IMG/VR virus record: IMGVR_UViG_3300032050_000036
Span: 32,001-96,000 of that record
DNA length: 64,000 bases
Source: a virus
Direction: 5' to 3' (one strand)
Part shown: positions 28,572 through 38,453 of the stretch, piece by piece
How positions within the stretch are numbered: position 1 is the first letter of the stretch
How the letters are laid out: every line of letters begins with the position of its first letter
Made by a program: the position numbers and the translations under genes
The notes under the pieces: generated by a model
Databases searched by the model: none
What the model was told of the DNA's origin: nothing
Seen by the model: the letters and a program-made list of their open reading frames with translations, nothing else

Positions 28572-29632
28572 AATAAGTTTTTGTTTTTTTCTAATTCCGA
28601 AAGAATTTCATCAATATGTACTGCCCCTAAGCCATACTGTTTTCTGTCTGGAATAATGTAAACATTTTCAGTTGCTACATTTTTAATTAATGAATCAAAA
28701 AACCAATAGAAGTCCCTATTCGTTGTTATCATAAATACTTTTGTATCTGGATGTGCAAATATAGCATTATAACATCCAGTGCCATCTATTGATGCTATAT
28801 GTGTTGCAGAAGAATATATATAAACCTGTTCTTCTAAAGTTAAGTCTTCATTATAGACTAATTCATAGCCCATATCAATAAAAAAGTTATCTATTTTAAT
28901 ATTATCTGAGTGTATTCTATTTTGAAAATTTTGAGTAAATGCCTCTTCACCAACACGCATAACATATTCCCAAAATCTGTCTCCCTCTTCTTTACTCATT
29001 TCATTATTTTTATATCTATAATAATTTTCTTTCCATTTTATATAAATTTGATCTGATTTTGATCTCGATATAAAAATTTTTTTATTAGGTGTTTGATTTT
29101 TATATTTTTTTAATTTATCTATGACACAATTACTGAGGTCAAACTGATGAGAAAAATCTTCATGACTAGTGTTATGAATTGGACCATTAGAAGGAACTAC
29201 ATTTCTTAAACAGGGAATGAAAAAATTATAAAGATAATATACATTTTCAAATATAATTTTTTGATCAGAAATTATAACTATTTCATCCATCGAAGGATTA
29301 TAAATATTTACTAAACTTTTAAAAAGTCCAGAAAGGTCATTCAAAAATACTTCTTTGTTAATATCATCTTCTCGTTCTACAGTAAAAATTAACTTTAAAT
29401 CTTTTATATATTTTTTTAAGAATTCATATTGTCCTAGGCACTCTTGAACTATATGAAAGTATTGCCAATTTGATAATGATATAATAAAAACATTACCATT
29501 AACAACTACTGGATCCTTTTTGGAATCATAATTTACTAAAACGTTGTTGACTTTATAAATTTTACTTTTTATACCTGGAACATCTATATATTCTATAGAA
29601 TCCCACTTAGTCTTAAAAATCTTATCAGACAT
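28568..29632 (-). CDS. Glycosyltransferase family 61 (DUF563)-like
   Basis: YFH..E, KIFISR, E.LTLEEQ.....A..I....G.G..N.IF. Confidence 0.75.
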   Translation of the reverse strand: MSDKIFKTKWDSIEYIDVPGIKSKIYKVNNVLVNYDSKKDPVVVNGNVFIISLSNWQYFHIVQECLGQYEFLKKYIKDLKLIFTVEREDDINKEVFLNDLSGLFKSLVNIYNPSMDEIVIISDQKIIFENVYYLYNFFIPCLRNVVPSNGPIHNTSHEDFSHQFDLSNCVIDKLKKYKNQTPNKKIFISRSKSDQIYIKWKENYYRYKNNEMSKEEGDRFWEYVMRVGEEAFTQNFQNRIHSDNIKIDNFFIDMGYELVYNEDLTLEEQVYIYSSATHIASIDGTGCYNAIFAHPDTKVFMITTNRDFYWFFDSLIKNVATENVYIIPDRKQYGLGAVHIDEILSELEKNKNLL

Positions 29633-29957
29633 TTTTTGTTACAACAACCTTATCATTAGGCAAACTTGGAGTTTTTACACAAACAACTGAACACTCTGTT
29701 ATAAAATTTACATCCGTTATTTCGTACGGCTCCAATATAAAAACATCGCCAGATATTAATTTTTTACCATTTAGAATCATTTCTCCAGATATTAACAAGT
29801 TTATTTCATATGCTATCTCTTGATAATGAAGGTCCCAATTTTCTCCAGCAGTATGTATTCTCCATGAAACTTCAAAATCTTTTGACTGAAAGGCAGCCTT
29901 TTCAAAATCTCCAATAAACCATCCCTTTTCAGTATTTTCAATTCTGCTAATCTTCAT
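29625..29957 (-). CDS. Cupin-fold protein (sugar isomerase/epimerase-like)
   Basis: GWFIGDF, HY....E....SG.M and VKTPS..DK. Confidence 0.7.
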   Translation of the reverse strand: MKISRIENTEKGWFIGDFEKAAFQSKDFEVSWRIHTAGENWDLHYQEIAYEINLLISGEMILNGKKLISGDVFILEPYEITDVNFITECSVVCVKTPSLPNDKVVVTKNV

Positions 29958-31054
29958 AAACCTAATTTATCCCATTCAGTCTCTTCAAATCCTTGATCAG
30001 TTATAAGGTTTATAGAAGTAGCACGATCCCTATCTGACTCTAAATGTTTATCATTAATTAAAATTCTTTCGCCACTAGTTACTCCCATCACTAACTGATC
30101 CCAGCAAAGACCTAGGTCTGTTAGTTGTTTTTCTGTTAGCATCCTTGCAGATTCTTTCCTAGCAGTCGTTAGAATTATCTTATGACCCTTAGAGTCCCAT
30201 TCATTAAACTTATCTATTACGCCTTTTAATGCTATGGCTGGTTCAAATCCGACATAACTAAATCTATGGACATGTTTAATTATTGTTCCATCTATATCAC
30301 AAAAAATAGTTTTAGGTTTTTCAGTATAGTATTCTCTTAGTTTACTGGAATATACTTCTAAATCTTGCGGGGTTCCAAGAGATATATAACCATTTCTTGG
30401 CATTTTAAAGGGAAGTATGTTAAGACCTTCTTCTATTAAATAATTATAAGTGGAGGAAATATAACATTCGCTAAATCCTTTTAGTCTATACTCTGAAATT
30501 AATTTTTTTGCTGATCTTATAAAATCAGAACCACGCCTCCAATAATGTATACCTACAAGCGCATCCTCACTTATAACCTTTTTTTCTTCAATATTTACAA
30601 TCCTGTTGTTATCTATAACTGCAAAACTATTCTTAATGTCATTAGATTTAAAAATAGCAACTGACCCATCGCAATATGCAGATCTTGATAGTTCTAAAAA
30701 TTTATCTGAATCCCACCTTAAAAGTTGATCACAGTTTGTTATTATTAATTCATCGTTGTTGTCTATATATTCTTTTGCATAAAGGGCTGCATCTGCAGCA
30801 CCATATTGATCGTTATCTAAACATATTTCTATACAATCTGGCTTTAATTTTTTTAATATAGAAGACAGCCTATTGTTATGCTCAGGGTTTTCATATTTTC
30901 TTGTAATAAATATATATTGACCCACTATATTTAAAGAATCAACGGCATGCTCAATTAAATGTTTTTTATCTACCATGATTAATGGTTTTGGTTCTTGTAC
31001 CCCTGCATTTTTGAAGCGGGAACCCAGTCCAGCCATTGGTATAACTATATTCAA
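29954..31054 (-). CDS. Sugar-nucleotidyltransferase fused to a C-terminal HAD phosphatase
   Basis: IPMAGLGSRF..PKPLI, NCDQ, LGTPQDL, then CDIDGTI, TAR and INDK. Confidence 0.85.
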   Translation of the reverse strand: MNIVIPMAGLGSRFKNAGVQEPKPLIMVDKKHLIEHAVDSLNIVGQYIFITRKYENPEHNNRLSSILKKLKPDCIEICLDNDQYGAADAALYAKEYIDNNDELIITNCDQLLRWDSDKFLELSRSAYCDGSVAIFKSNDIKNSFAVIDNNRIVNIEEKKVISEDALVGIHYWRRGSDFIRSAKKLISEYRLKGFSECYISSTYNYLIEEGLNILPFKMPRNGYISLGTPQDLEVYSSKLREYYTEKPKTIFCDIDGTIIKHVHRFSYVGFEPAIALKGVIDKFNEWDSKGHKIILTTARKESARMLTEKQLTDLGLCWDQLVMGVTSGERILINDKHLESDRDRATSINLITDQGFEETEWDKLGL

Positions 31055-31087
31055 GAAAAACTCCTTCTTCTGTTATAATTGTATCAT

Positions 31088-32167
31088 ATGAAACTTCAGT
31101 ATGGCAATCAAGATCCAGATATTTATTCTTTTGAAAGTGCTTCGCTAAAGGGCTTTCCATTATTTGAAATACCTTCAGTTCATATTAAAAATCTTAAATT
31201 CAGCAATCAACCTGAAGAAGACTATGAGTATATTTCAGGAAAGGTATTTTTAGTTCCAGCAGCAAATGATTTTTATCATGCCCTAACAGATACTATGGCC
31301 CATTATGAATCTTTAAAAACAGTTTATCCAGATTTAAAAATAATTTTTTGTTCTAATGACAATATGTACACTATAGATAGATATATTGGCATAAACAGAA
31401 AATACATGCTAGAAATTTTAAAAATTTATAATATAGAATATAAAGATATTCTTGATATAAAAAACAAAAATTATATATTTGAAGAGGTAATACATTTGCC
31501 ACATAGATCGCAATGGCACCAAGACAGGATTGTTCCTTTTGAAATACAACAAAATCTAAAAAATTTTACTCACGATGAGACTTGGTCTTATAGAAAATTT
31601 ATGATAAATTCTTTAAAACAAAAATTTTATAATCAAATAATTGATAAAGAACCTAAAAAAATATATGCATCACGTATGCCATATAAGACTAATCCTATAG
31701 ATTATTCAAAATTATCTGACGAAGATCAAAGATATTGGAATTTTAGATCACAAGAAATAAATAGACAATATAAAGATGAAGAAAAACTTATAGATTATTT
31801 TTTAAATAAAGGCTATGAAGTGTTAAATTTTGGAAACATGTCATTAATAGATCAAATAAGTGAATGCTATTATTCGACTGAACTTGCTGGAATCAATGGA
31901 TCTAATATTTTTAATTTTATATGGGCAAAGCCAGAAACAAGAACACACATTATTTATGTAACAAATGCATGGAATTATGGTTTTTGGAAATACTTTGATT
32001 ATTGCAAATTGAATTACAAGCAAATAGGATTAAAAGAAGTTCTTAAGGTTGAGTATTTAAATAGAGTTGATACTGGAAAAGCAGTCATTCATCCTCCAAT
32101 AGATTTTGATAAATTATATTTTGCAGACCATAAGGTTTTAATTGATGAACTTGAGAGCCTCCTGTAG
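31088..32167 (+). CDS. Glycosyltransferase family 61 (DUF563)-like
   Basis: FYH...D, KIYASR, MSLIDQI......GINGSN.FN..W. Confidence 0.75.
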   Translation: MKLQYGNQDPDIYSFESASLKGFPLFEIPSVHIKNLKFSNQPEEDYEYISGKVFLVPAANDFYHALTDTMAHYESLKTVYPDLKIIFCSNDNMYTIDRYIGINRKYMLEILKIYNIEYKDILDIKNKNYIFEEVIHLPHRSQWHQDRIVPFEIQQNLKNFTHDETWSYRKFMINSLKQKFYNQIIDKEPKKIYASRMPYKTNPIDYSKLSDEDQRYWNFRSQEINRQYKDEEKLIDYFLNKGYEVLNFGNMSLIDQISECYYSTELAGINGSNIFNFIWAKPETRTHIIYVTNAWNYGFWKYFDYCKLNYKQIGLKEVLKVEYLNRVDTGKAVIHPPIDFDKLYFADHKVLIDELESLL

Positions 32168-32227
32168 GATTTGAACCTACGACAATCCGCTTACAAGGCG
32201 GGTACTCTACCACTGAGTTAAGGAGGC
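32156..32227 (-). tRNA. tRNA-Thr(UGU)
   Basis: Acceptor GCCTCCT/AGGAGGC; anticodon loop CTTGTAA; T-loop GGTTCAAATCC. Confidence 0.9.
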
Positions 32228-32228
32228 G

Positions 32229-32300
32229 TAGCACTAACGGGAATCGAACCCGTCTTTCCGCCGTGAAAGGGCGATGTCCTAACCGATAGACGATAGTGCC
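32229..32300 (-). tRNA. tRNA-Glu(UUC)
   Basis: Acceptor GGCACTA/TAGTGCT; loop CTTTCAC; GGTTCGATTCC. Confidence 0.92.
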
Positions 32301-32304
32301 AATA

Positions 32305-32643
32305 TTATATTTTTAATGATCTCATATATGTCCTATGCCTATGGCAGTTAGCACATACTATTTCACATTTTGGTATTTCTTCTAACAATTGTTTCATTGT
32401 ACCATTTCTTACAATAGCATTTATGTTAGCCTTTTTAATACCACGCACATGATCGAAATCTAATTGATGTGGAGGGTATGATATTTCACATTCTAAGCAT
32501 ATTGAATTATTTAGTTTATAGTTTAAAACATATAGGTTTCTTTCATTTCTTTTATCTTTAGATCTTTTTATAGTTAAAGATTTGTTTCTTTCGTACCAGG
32601 CTTTTTTGGCAGCCTTTTGTTGTAAACTATCCTTATATGGCAT
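32305..32643 (-). CDS. HNH endonuclease within the tRNA cluster
   Basis: CLEC, LDFDH and CEIVCANCHR. Confidence 0.85.
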   Translation of the reverse strand: MPYKDSLQQKAAKKAWYERNKSLTIKRSKDKRNERNLYVLNYKLNNSICLECEISYPPHQLDFDHVRGIKKANINAIVRNGTMKQLLEEIPKCEIVCANCHRHRTYMRSLKI

Positions 32644-32658
32644 ACTTCTCCCTTCAAG

Positions 32659-32732
32659 CGATGCGTACGAGACTTGAACTCGTGACCTCCACCGTGACAG
32701 GGTGGCGTTCTAACCAACTGAACTAACGCACC
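32659..32732 (-). tRNA. tRNA-Asp(GUC)
   Basis: Acceptor GGTGCGT/ACGCATC; loop CTGTCAC. Confidence 0.92.
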
Positions 32733-32736
32733 TTCG

Positions 32737-32809
32737 CTGGTCTGGCAGGTCTCGATCCTGCGACATCTCGATTAACAGTCGAGTGTTCTACCAACTGAAC
32801 TACAGACCA
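32737..32809 (-). tRNA. tRNA-Asn(GUU)
   Basis: Acceptor TGGTCTG/CAGACCA; loop CTGTTAA; atypical T-loop ATCGAGA. Confidence 0.88.
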
Positions 32810-32824
32810 ATTATTATATTGTAG

Positions 32825-32897
32825 CACCCTCGATTGGATTCGAACCAACGACAAACGGATTAGAAGTCCGCTACTCTATCCACTGAGTTACAAGGGT
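32825..32897 (-). tRNA. tRNA-Arg(UCU)
   Basis: Acceptor ACCCTTG/CGAGGGT; loop CTTCTAA; GGTTCGAATCC. Confidence 0.92.
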
Positions 32898-32904
32898 ATA
32901 TTTG

Positions 32905-32978
32905 TAGAGCAGGTAGGACTTGAACCTACGATAGCCGAATTATGAGTTCGGGGCCTTGACCAACTTGGCTACTGCTCC
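32905..32978 (-). tRNA. tRNA-Met/Ile2(CAU)
   Basis: Acceptor GGAGCAG/CTGCTCT; loop CTCATAA; lacks the three initiator G-C pairs in the anticodon stem. Confidence 0.88.
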
Positions 32979-32990
32979 TTGAATATTTAA

Positions 32991-33233
32991 TTATATGTTA
33001 TGACCTGACTCATTGTCAAGTTTTGGCGGTATAGAATATTTATCATTCTTCGTAATACTATTAAGAAGATTCATTATTCTTAAACAATCATCATGTCTCC
33101 ACCATGTATAACAGTATAGTCTTTCATCATCCTCAATCATATTAGGACAAGACTTATACTCTTCAATGATCTGGTCTATAATGACTTTCTGTGCCTTTTT
33201 ACAGCCATTACAGGGACAGGCCCAATTAGACAC
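32991..33233 (-). CDS. Cys-rich hypothetical protein
   Basis: WACPCNGC; GTG start overlapping the upstream gene. Confidence 0.55.
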   Translation of the reverse strand: MSNWACPCNGCKKAQKVIIDQIIEEYKSCPNMIEDDERLYCYTWWRHDDCLRIMNLLNSITKNDKYSIPPKLDNESGHNI

Positions 33234-33417
33234 CTTTAACCTTTTTAATAGCATCAACAGCAAGCATTTTCATTCCTACAGCATTCAATTGAGCACCGTT
33301 GTTTTCGGTAGGAATGTTTTTAATTGCTTCAATAATCTTATCTTTAACGGCCTTAACTATTTTATGTGTTCCATTACATTCAGGATAATCTGTTGAAAAT
33401 CCACAACCACATGGCAT
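33226..33417 (-). CDS. CDGSH-type iron-sulfur domain protein
   Basis: CGCGFSTDYPECNGTH fits C-x-C-x2-S-x3-P-x-C-D/N-G-S/T-H. Confidence 0.7.
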   Translation of the reverse strand: MPCGCGFSTDYPECNGTHKIVKAVKDKIIEAIKNIPTENNGAQLNAVGMKMLAVDAIKKVKGV

Positions 33418-33418
33418 A

Positions 33419-33784
33419 TTATTTCTCCTTTTTCATTAGTCTAAAGGCATCGCCTGTTTCTTCATCTTCGTAATCCCATATAAAAGCATTGATAAAATCT
33501 GGTTTTTCCCAATAAGGCACACCTTCAGAATCGTAATCGTTCCATCCATCTCCGCTCATATCAAAACTAAATTCATAGAATGTGCCAAACCTATAGTATA
33601 TTGGCCAAGTCATCTTCCAGATAGTCGAATGTAGTTTATAACCCCAACCAAAATTTTCTAACTCGTCGTAATATGAAATACGTAAAATAGCCCAACCAGA
33701 TATATCTCCGCATAAGTTAGCAAGCCAGCGTAATGGTGGGCGGGATTTGTCAATTCTTAAACTATTGTCTATGTGGTCCGCCAC
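33419..33784 (-). CDS. Trp-rich hypothetical protein
   Basis: 121-aa ORF in a minus-strand operon. Confidence 0.6.
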   Translation of the reverse strand: MADHIDNSLRIDKSRPPLRWLANLCGDISGWAILRISYYDELENFGWGYKLHSTIWKMTWPIYYRFGTFYEFSFDMSGDGWNDYDSEGVPYWEKPDFINAFIWDYEDEETGDAFRLMKKEK

Positions 33785-33929
33785 GAACTAACTCCCATTC
33801 TCCAGTTTCTTTTGCAACAAAAACATCTCCAGTTTCCCTATCTACAAGCATATATTTTTCAGGACACTTTGTTTTTAATGTTACCACAACTGATTTTTCT
33901 AATTCTTGAAATTCTATACGGTTTCTCAT
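33762..33929 (-). CDS. Hypothetical protein
   Basis: MRNRIEF...TKCPEKY.LVDRETG. Confidence 0.6.
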   Translation of the reverse strand: MRNRIEFQELEKSVVVTLKTKCPEKYMLVDRETGDVFVAKETGEWELVRGGPHRQ

Positions 33930-34803
33930 TTTGCCAAAACTCCTAATAAAAATCCAACAAGGGCAGAGAGTATTCCAACGGTCCAATAATAAGTTTTTGT
34001 TAGATATCCCAAAACTATGTCTTTAACAACATCTTTTGGCACCTCTATTTGATAGCCTTCATAATCTGGATCGTCAAACTTATATGATTTCACTTATGCT
34101 CCTTCATGTGTCTATTAAGTGTATCATGGGCAAATATGCCTGAGCGCACTTCGATTTCTTTTTTACAAATATCGCATATTACAAATTTACCTGGCATATG
34201 TCCATTATATCTAAAAGTCGGTAGTTTGTAAAGTTCGGCGGAAAATAGAAGTAATAAACCTATCTATGACCTAGACGGTCAATATGGTTTAGTAACTATT
34301 CTATCCGACTATTCCAAAGAATAAGATAGCCCCTATAATAACGATAGCAGACAATAAAATCTTAATTTTTGTTTCTTTAGGCCATTCTTCTGTATTCATT
34401 CCCATGGTTTCTCCTATCCAGCATGCATCCAAGTAAAATGTTTTTTACATACATCTATGACAATACCAGTATCTTTTTCTGGCTGAGTAAACTCTGCTTT
34501 ATTGTTGCAATAAAAACATTTCATCTATTTATTATAACATATTGGACAATTTAATATATTGGGAGTTCCTGATGTTGCGTAAAATGTTACGCCACAATTA
34601 TGGCAGAGAACCTTAATCTTTAATTTATTCATCATACTCTCCCAACTCTTTTAATATTTGTTCTGCCAAATCTTTGGCGATCTTGTCTTTATGTTTGCCC
34701 TTTATGTAGTCATAAATAATATCAGAAATAATATCAACCTTAGATTCTTTAGATAACATGGTTTCTCCATTATACGGGTATTTTGCGAGGGTATAATGAG
34801 GCC

Positions 34804-35121
34804 ATGGACCCTACTATCCTATATATAGTATATCACCAAGGATATAATGCCATTAAGGTGGGTATAGGGGATATTGCTGGTAAAAGGTTTAAAGCCCATA
34901 GGACCAAAGGGTGGGAACTGGTTTGTTATTGGTATTTTCAAAATAGGCGGGATGCAAAAAGAGTCGAATCTATAGTACTACAAACCCTAAGAGAGAGATA
35001 TGGACATTATCTGGATAAGGGGGATATGCCATATGGGGGATATACGGAGACATTTAATGCCAAGAAAATAACCAAGAGAAGGTTAATTGGTTTGGTCAAT
35101 AGGGCTATAAGGGGATCTTGA
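34804..35121 (+). CDS. GIY-YIG/T5orf172-like nuclease domain protein
   Basis: LYIV...IKVGI...RF..H...GW...E.......GYTETF. Confidence 0.65.
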   Translation: MDPTILYIVYHQGYNAIKVGIGDIAGKRFKAHRTKGWELVCYWYFQNRRDAKRVESIVLQTLRERYGHYLDKGDMPYGGYTETFNAKKITKRRLIGLVNRAIRGS

Positions 35122-35269
35122 TATCCCCGCTTTTTTATACCCTATTATCCCCAAGATCTCATTACAGAAATTAATACAAGAAGATAGGCCACCCATCCTG
35201 TGATAAATCCGTATATGAATATTGCTGGTTTGCTAATTAAAAGTTTCTTCATTTAACCATTATACATGG

Positions 35270-36090
35270 AAGTTATCCACAGGTTTATCCACAGAAATAT
35301 CTTACTGATTATATTATTGGATAGGGTTAAAGTGGAGTAAAGTGGAGGATAGTGGAGCATGGAGCGCTTTTTAAGGCGGGGATCGTAATGTCAAACCATA
35401 AACCCTATATCCCAAACCATATATCCTTCAAACCCTTATACCATATATGCCCCATATCTGTCAAACCATGTATAAAAGGTTTGGCATTATACATTCAAAA
35501 CCATGGTTTGTCAAGTATCTTCGTAAAGGAATTTGAATGAAAAATTGCCAAAAGTCTGGGAAAATTCTGATAATTTCGTAATATGTTTTATTATGCCAAA
35601 AAATGTTTTAAAACCAGGAAATATGGTTTGTTATTGGTTATTAGGGGGATTGGAGTTGGTATCTTTTTCTATACCGTCCTTAAGAACGGGCGGTACAAAA
35701 GAAAAGTAATTAGACAAACCAATCTTATGGGTAATAGAAACAAATGTATTCCAAACCTGGTCTTGTCCTTTATTGTATGCTACTGGATCTGATTTTCTAA
35801 GGTTTGAAAAGTGTCTTGGACTCATATATTAATTGTAACACTCTTTATACCGCCCAAACTTTCAGCGATTTTTTGGACGGCGTTCGTAATGTCTTTTTAT
35901 CCTGTGTTTTGCGCTGGGCGCCCCAAATTTGGCGGGGGATAAAAAGATACCGTAATACTACCTATATAAGTATACATAGATACAATGGTTTGACAAACAA
36001 AATATATTATGCTACATGGTTTGGGAAAAATATGGTTTGATCGTAATCTGGGAAAAATGGTTTGGTATCGTAATGGTTTGTTAACAAAGA
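35270..36090. other. Non-coding repeat-rich region, candidate replication origin
   Basis: No credible ORF; DnaA boxes; many CAAACC/GGTTTG and TCGTAA repeats. Confidence 0.5.
35273..35293 (+). promoter_or_regulatory. Tandem DnaA boxes
   Basis: TTATCCACA at 35273-35281 and 35285-35293. Confidence 0.65.
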
Positions 36091-36119
36091 AAAATGCACC
36101 GACCCGTTTTCAGGGCTTT

Positions 36120-36395
36120 TTACGAATTGTCAAATCCTAAAAGCAATTCATCAAGACTAGAGTATCCTGTATCTTTGACACCAAGTGACTCTAAAAATAA
36201 GTCCCATGTTTCATTTACATATCGTGTAGCCATTTCAGAAGCAGGAATAATTTCTTGTGAAATAGAAAACGCTAATGGCAAACCAATGTCGTTGTATTCG
36301 ATAAAATCTTCAAACTCAGACTCACCTTTATAATTTAACCACAAGTCTGCCAAAATATTACATCTGCTAGAAAAGTCTGTATTGGTGTTGCTCAT
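36120..36395 (-). CDS. Acidic hypothetical early protein
   Basis: GAGGAG RBS; FIEYNDIGLPLA. Confidence 0.7.
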   Translation of the reverse strand: MSNTNTDFSSRCNILADLWLNYKGESEFEDFIEYNDIGLPLAFSISQEIIPASEMATRYVNETWDLFLESLGVKDTGYSSLDELLLGFDNS

Positions 36396-36579
36396 TGTAT
36401 TTCTCCTCTTTGTGGTATTGTGCGCTTTCTGCGATAGTGATAAGTCTGTTGTAGGAAACTGTTGGTGCGATTACTGCTAAATACTCGCCTACCTGCTCAA
36501 TGTCAAGGCGAAGGTCAGATACGATAGCGGAAATACGCATGGCAACTTTCTCCTCGTCAGTTAGTCTGTGTTTTCTCAT
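36367..36579 (-). CDS. Hypothetical early protein
   Basis: AAGGAG RBS; MRKHRLTDEEKVA. Confidence 0.7.
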   Translation of the reverse strand: MRKHRLTDEEKVAMRISAIVSDLRLDIEQVGEYLAVIAPTVSYNRLITIAESAQYHKEEKYNEQHQYRLF

Positions 36580-36677
36580 AGTTCTCCTTATAGTCATTGT
36601 ATCAAATAAGATGTGGGGGCGCAAGTAGAAGAAAGGTGCTACCTACGCCCCCTTATTACGGAGGGGACCCAACCCTC

Positions 36678-37034
36678 CTAGGATGTGACCGTCGTCACAA
36701 GACTGTGATAGTTAATAAAATCTTGTATAGTATGTATACCAGTGTCATCAGTTACAGTCTTATTAATTAAATCAATTAGCACGGGATGGTCCATGAATCC
36801 CAGGTCGTTAGGATTGCAGGCATAAATTCCATACCCCGTCTCGTCCATAATATTATCCTTGATTAGATAACTAACAGCCATACGTACATAGTATGACTCA
36901 TCACCTAGGCGTGGTGCTGCATGCTGCAGGGCTGCTGCCAGGTCTGTATACATAGAGTATTCACCCCAATGGCTGTATAAGGCCACTGCCTGGTCTTCTG
37001 ACTGCTTAAAAACGAATGTACAACGTGCTCCCAT
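36678..37034 (-). CDS. Conserved phage early protein
   Basis: GAAAGGA RBS; MGAR...LYSHWG motif. Confidence 0.75.
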   Translation of the reverse strand: MGARCTFVFKQSEDQAVALYSHWGEYSMYTDLAAALQHAAPRLGDESYYVRMAVSYLIKDNIMDETGYGIYACNPNDLGFMDHPVLIDLINKTVTDDTGIHTIQDFINYHSLVTTVTS

Positions 37035-37233
37035 GGTGGGTCCTTTCGATAGTTGGGTTTTCTTCTAGTGTATCAAATTTTAGGTCTAATGTCAATTGCT
37101 CGTACATCATGCCTCCTCAAAAGCAACTACAGATAGATCTGAAAGTACTTCGCTCCAGATCTCTCCCTCTCCAGCCTCTGATTCAACCACAAATTTCATA
37201 TAGGTCCCAGAAGGCTCGTGTATTACTTCAATA

Positions 37234-37530
37234 TTATACTGTGGCATTGTCTTCCCTTTCTGCTATAGCAAATGATAATTGATAAGTTAATTGATAAACT
37301 GCAGCAAGAGCGTCACATTGTCCCTCCCAGTACTTACGTTCCATAGATTCTAAAGCGTCGCTATAGTCATTGGCTTCCTCTATACGCTGCGCTTCTTCTA
37401 GTTCTAGTTGAGCCTCATACATCCAGTTCTTCATCTCACCATGAATGATATCCAAGGCTGAAATATTTTCATCTACCATATGCTGCAGGTGCTCATCTAG
37501 ATTGTAATCTGGATTAAAGTTTGTTTGCAT
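37234..37530 (-). CDS. Hypothetical early protein
   Basis: GGAG RBS; MERKYWEGQCDAL. Confidence 0.65.
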   Translation of the reverse strand: MQTNFNPDYNLDEHLQHMVDENISALDIIHGEMKNWMYEAQLELEEAQRIEEANDYSDALESMERKYWEGQCDALAAVYQLTYQLSFAIAEREDNATV

Positions 37531-37720
37531 GCTCTTCTCCAATCTGTATAAAATGGCGGGTAGCAATAGCCTGCCCACCCAACCAGTTAAATTCAAAATC
37601 TAACTCTAGGAACTCTTTAGAATTCATATCTAAATCTTCCATTTGTTTTTCTATCTCTTCTTTGTCTTGCTCAATAGAAATGAGATGTGCTTTCATGTAT
37701 TCAATTAGGTAATTAGACAT
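37514..37720 (-). CDS. Hypothetical early protein
   Basis: Coupled acidic helical ORF. Confidence 0.65.
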   Translation of the reverse strand: MSNYLIEYMKAHLISIEQDKEEIEKQMEDLDMNSKEFLELDFEFNWLGGQAIATRHFIQIGEEHANKL

Positions 37721-38453
37721 CGACTTGGTCCATTCTATAGTTGGGTATATATTCCTCAGTTAAGTATACTTTATGGATGTCGCAATCTGCAACTGCTTCT
37801 AAGTCTGCCTCGCCTAGATAGTGACAAGAATCACAGATTTCTCCACAATCGTTATCACAGTATTCTAATGTATTAATTTCATCACAATCTCTACATTTGT
37901 TTTCATAGTTAGAATCTTGAATGATAACTCCAGCAAGATATTCTGTCTCACCACCCCAACCTGTTTCTTCCTCATAAGACAAGGTAATGTTTAGGTTTGG
38001 ATAATCAAAAGATAGTCTTTGTATAGCAGGATGTGGCGGAGACCAAGCGGTATTAAACTTATACTGTAAAGAGGTTTCGTCTTCTTCGTATAACTCAGTC
38101 TCAGGATAATCTTCTCCGTCACGAACTGATACATCCCACTTAGTTCCCCACTCACGAACATTAAAGTCATACCAGCATTTACCCTTAAACTGTAATTGCT
38201 CTGCCATGGGCAGGGTATGGTCAGGTTGCTTCATATAATCTTCATCACTAATACCTGCTTGTATATGATTATAGATATTATGGAAAGCAAATATAGGGTT
38301 AGAGTATGAAGTCTCAGTTAACTCCATTTGTCTTGTTTCCATATTAAACTGGTCATGCATTTTAGTAAATGGTTGGTTAAGTTGTGCCTTAACCTTAGCA
38401 ATGTCTTGTTCATTGCCTTCGATAGTTAGATAGTTGTAACACCAATTTGGCAT
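37713..38453 (-). CDS. DUF1281/YubB ferredoxin-like domain protein
   Basis: MPNWC.N, WYD....WGTKW, F.TAWSPP motifs. Confidence 0.8.
   Translation of the reverse strand: MPNWCYNYLTIEGNEQDIAKVKAQLNQPFTKMHDQFNMETRQMELTETSYSNPIFAFHNIYNHIQAGISDEDYMKQPDHTLPMAEQLQFKGKCWYDFNVREWGTKWDVSVRDGEDYPETELYEEDETSLQYKFNTAWSPPHPAIQRLSFDYPNLNITLSYEEETGWGGETEYLAGVIIQDSNYENKCRDCDEINTLEYCDNDCGEICDSCHYLGEADLEAVADCDIHKVYLTEEYIPNYRMDQVDV

Noticed and set aside
35352-36333. Short ORFs in the origin-like region
   Set aside because: No RBS or recognisable motifs; they overlap repeats or real genes on the other strand
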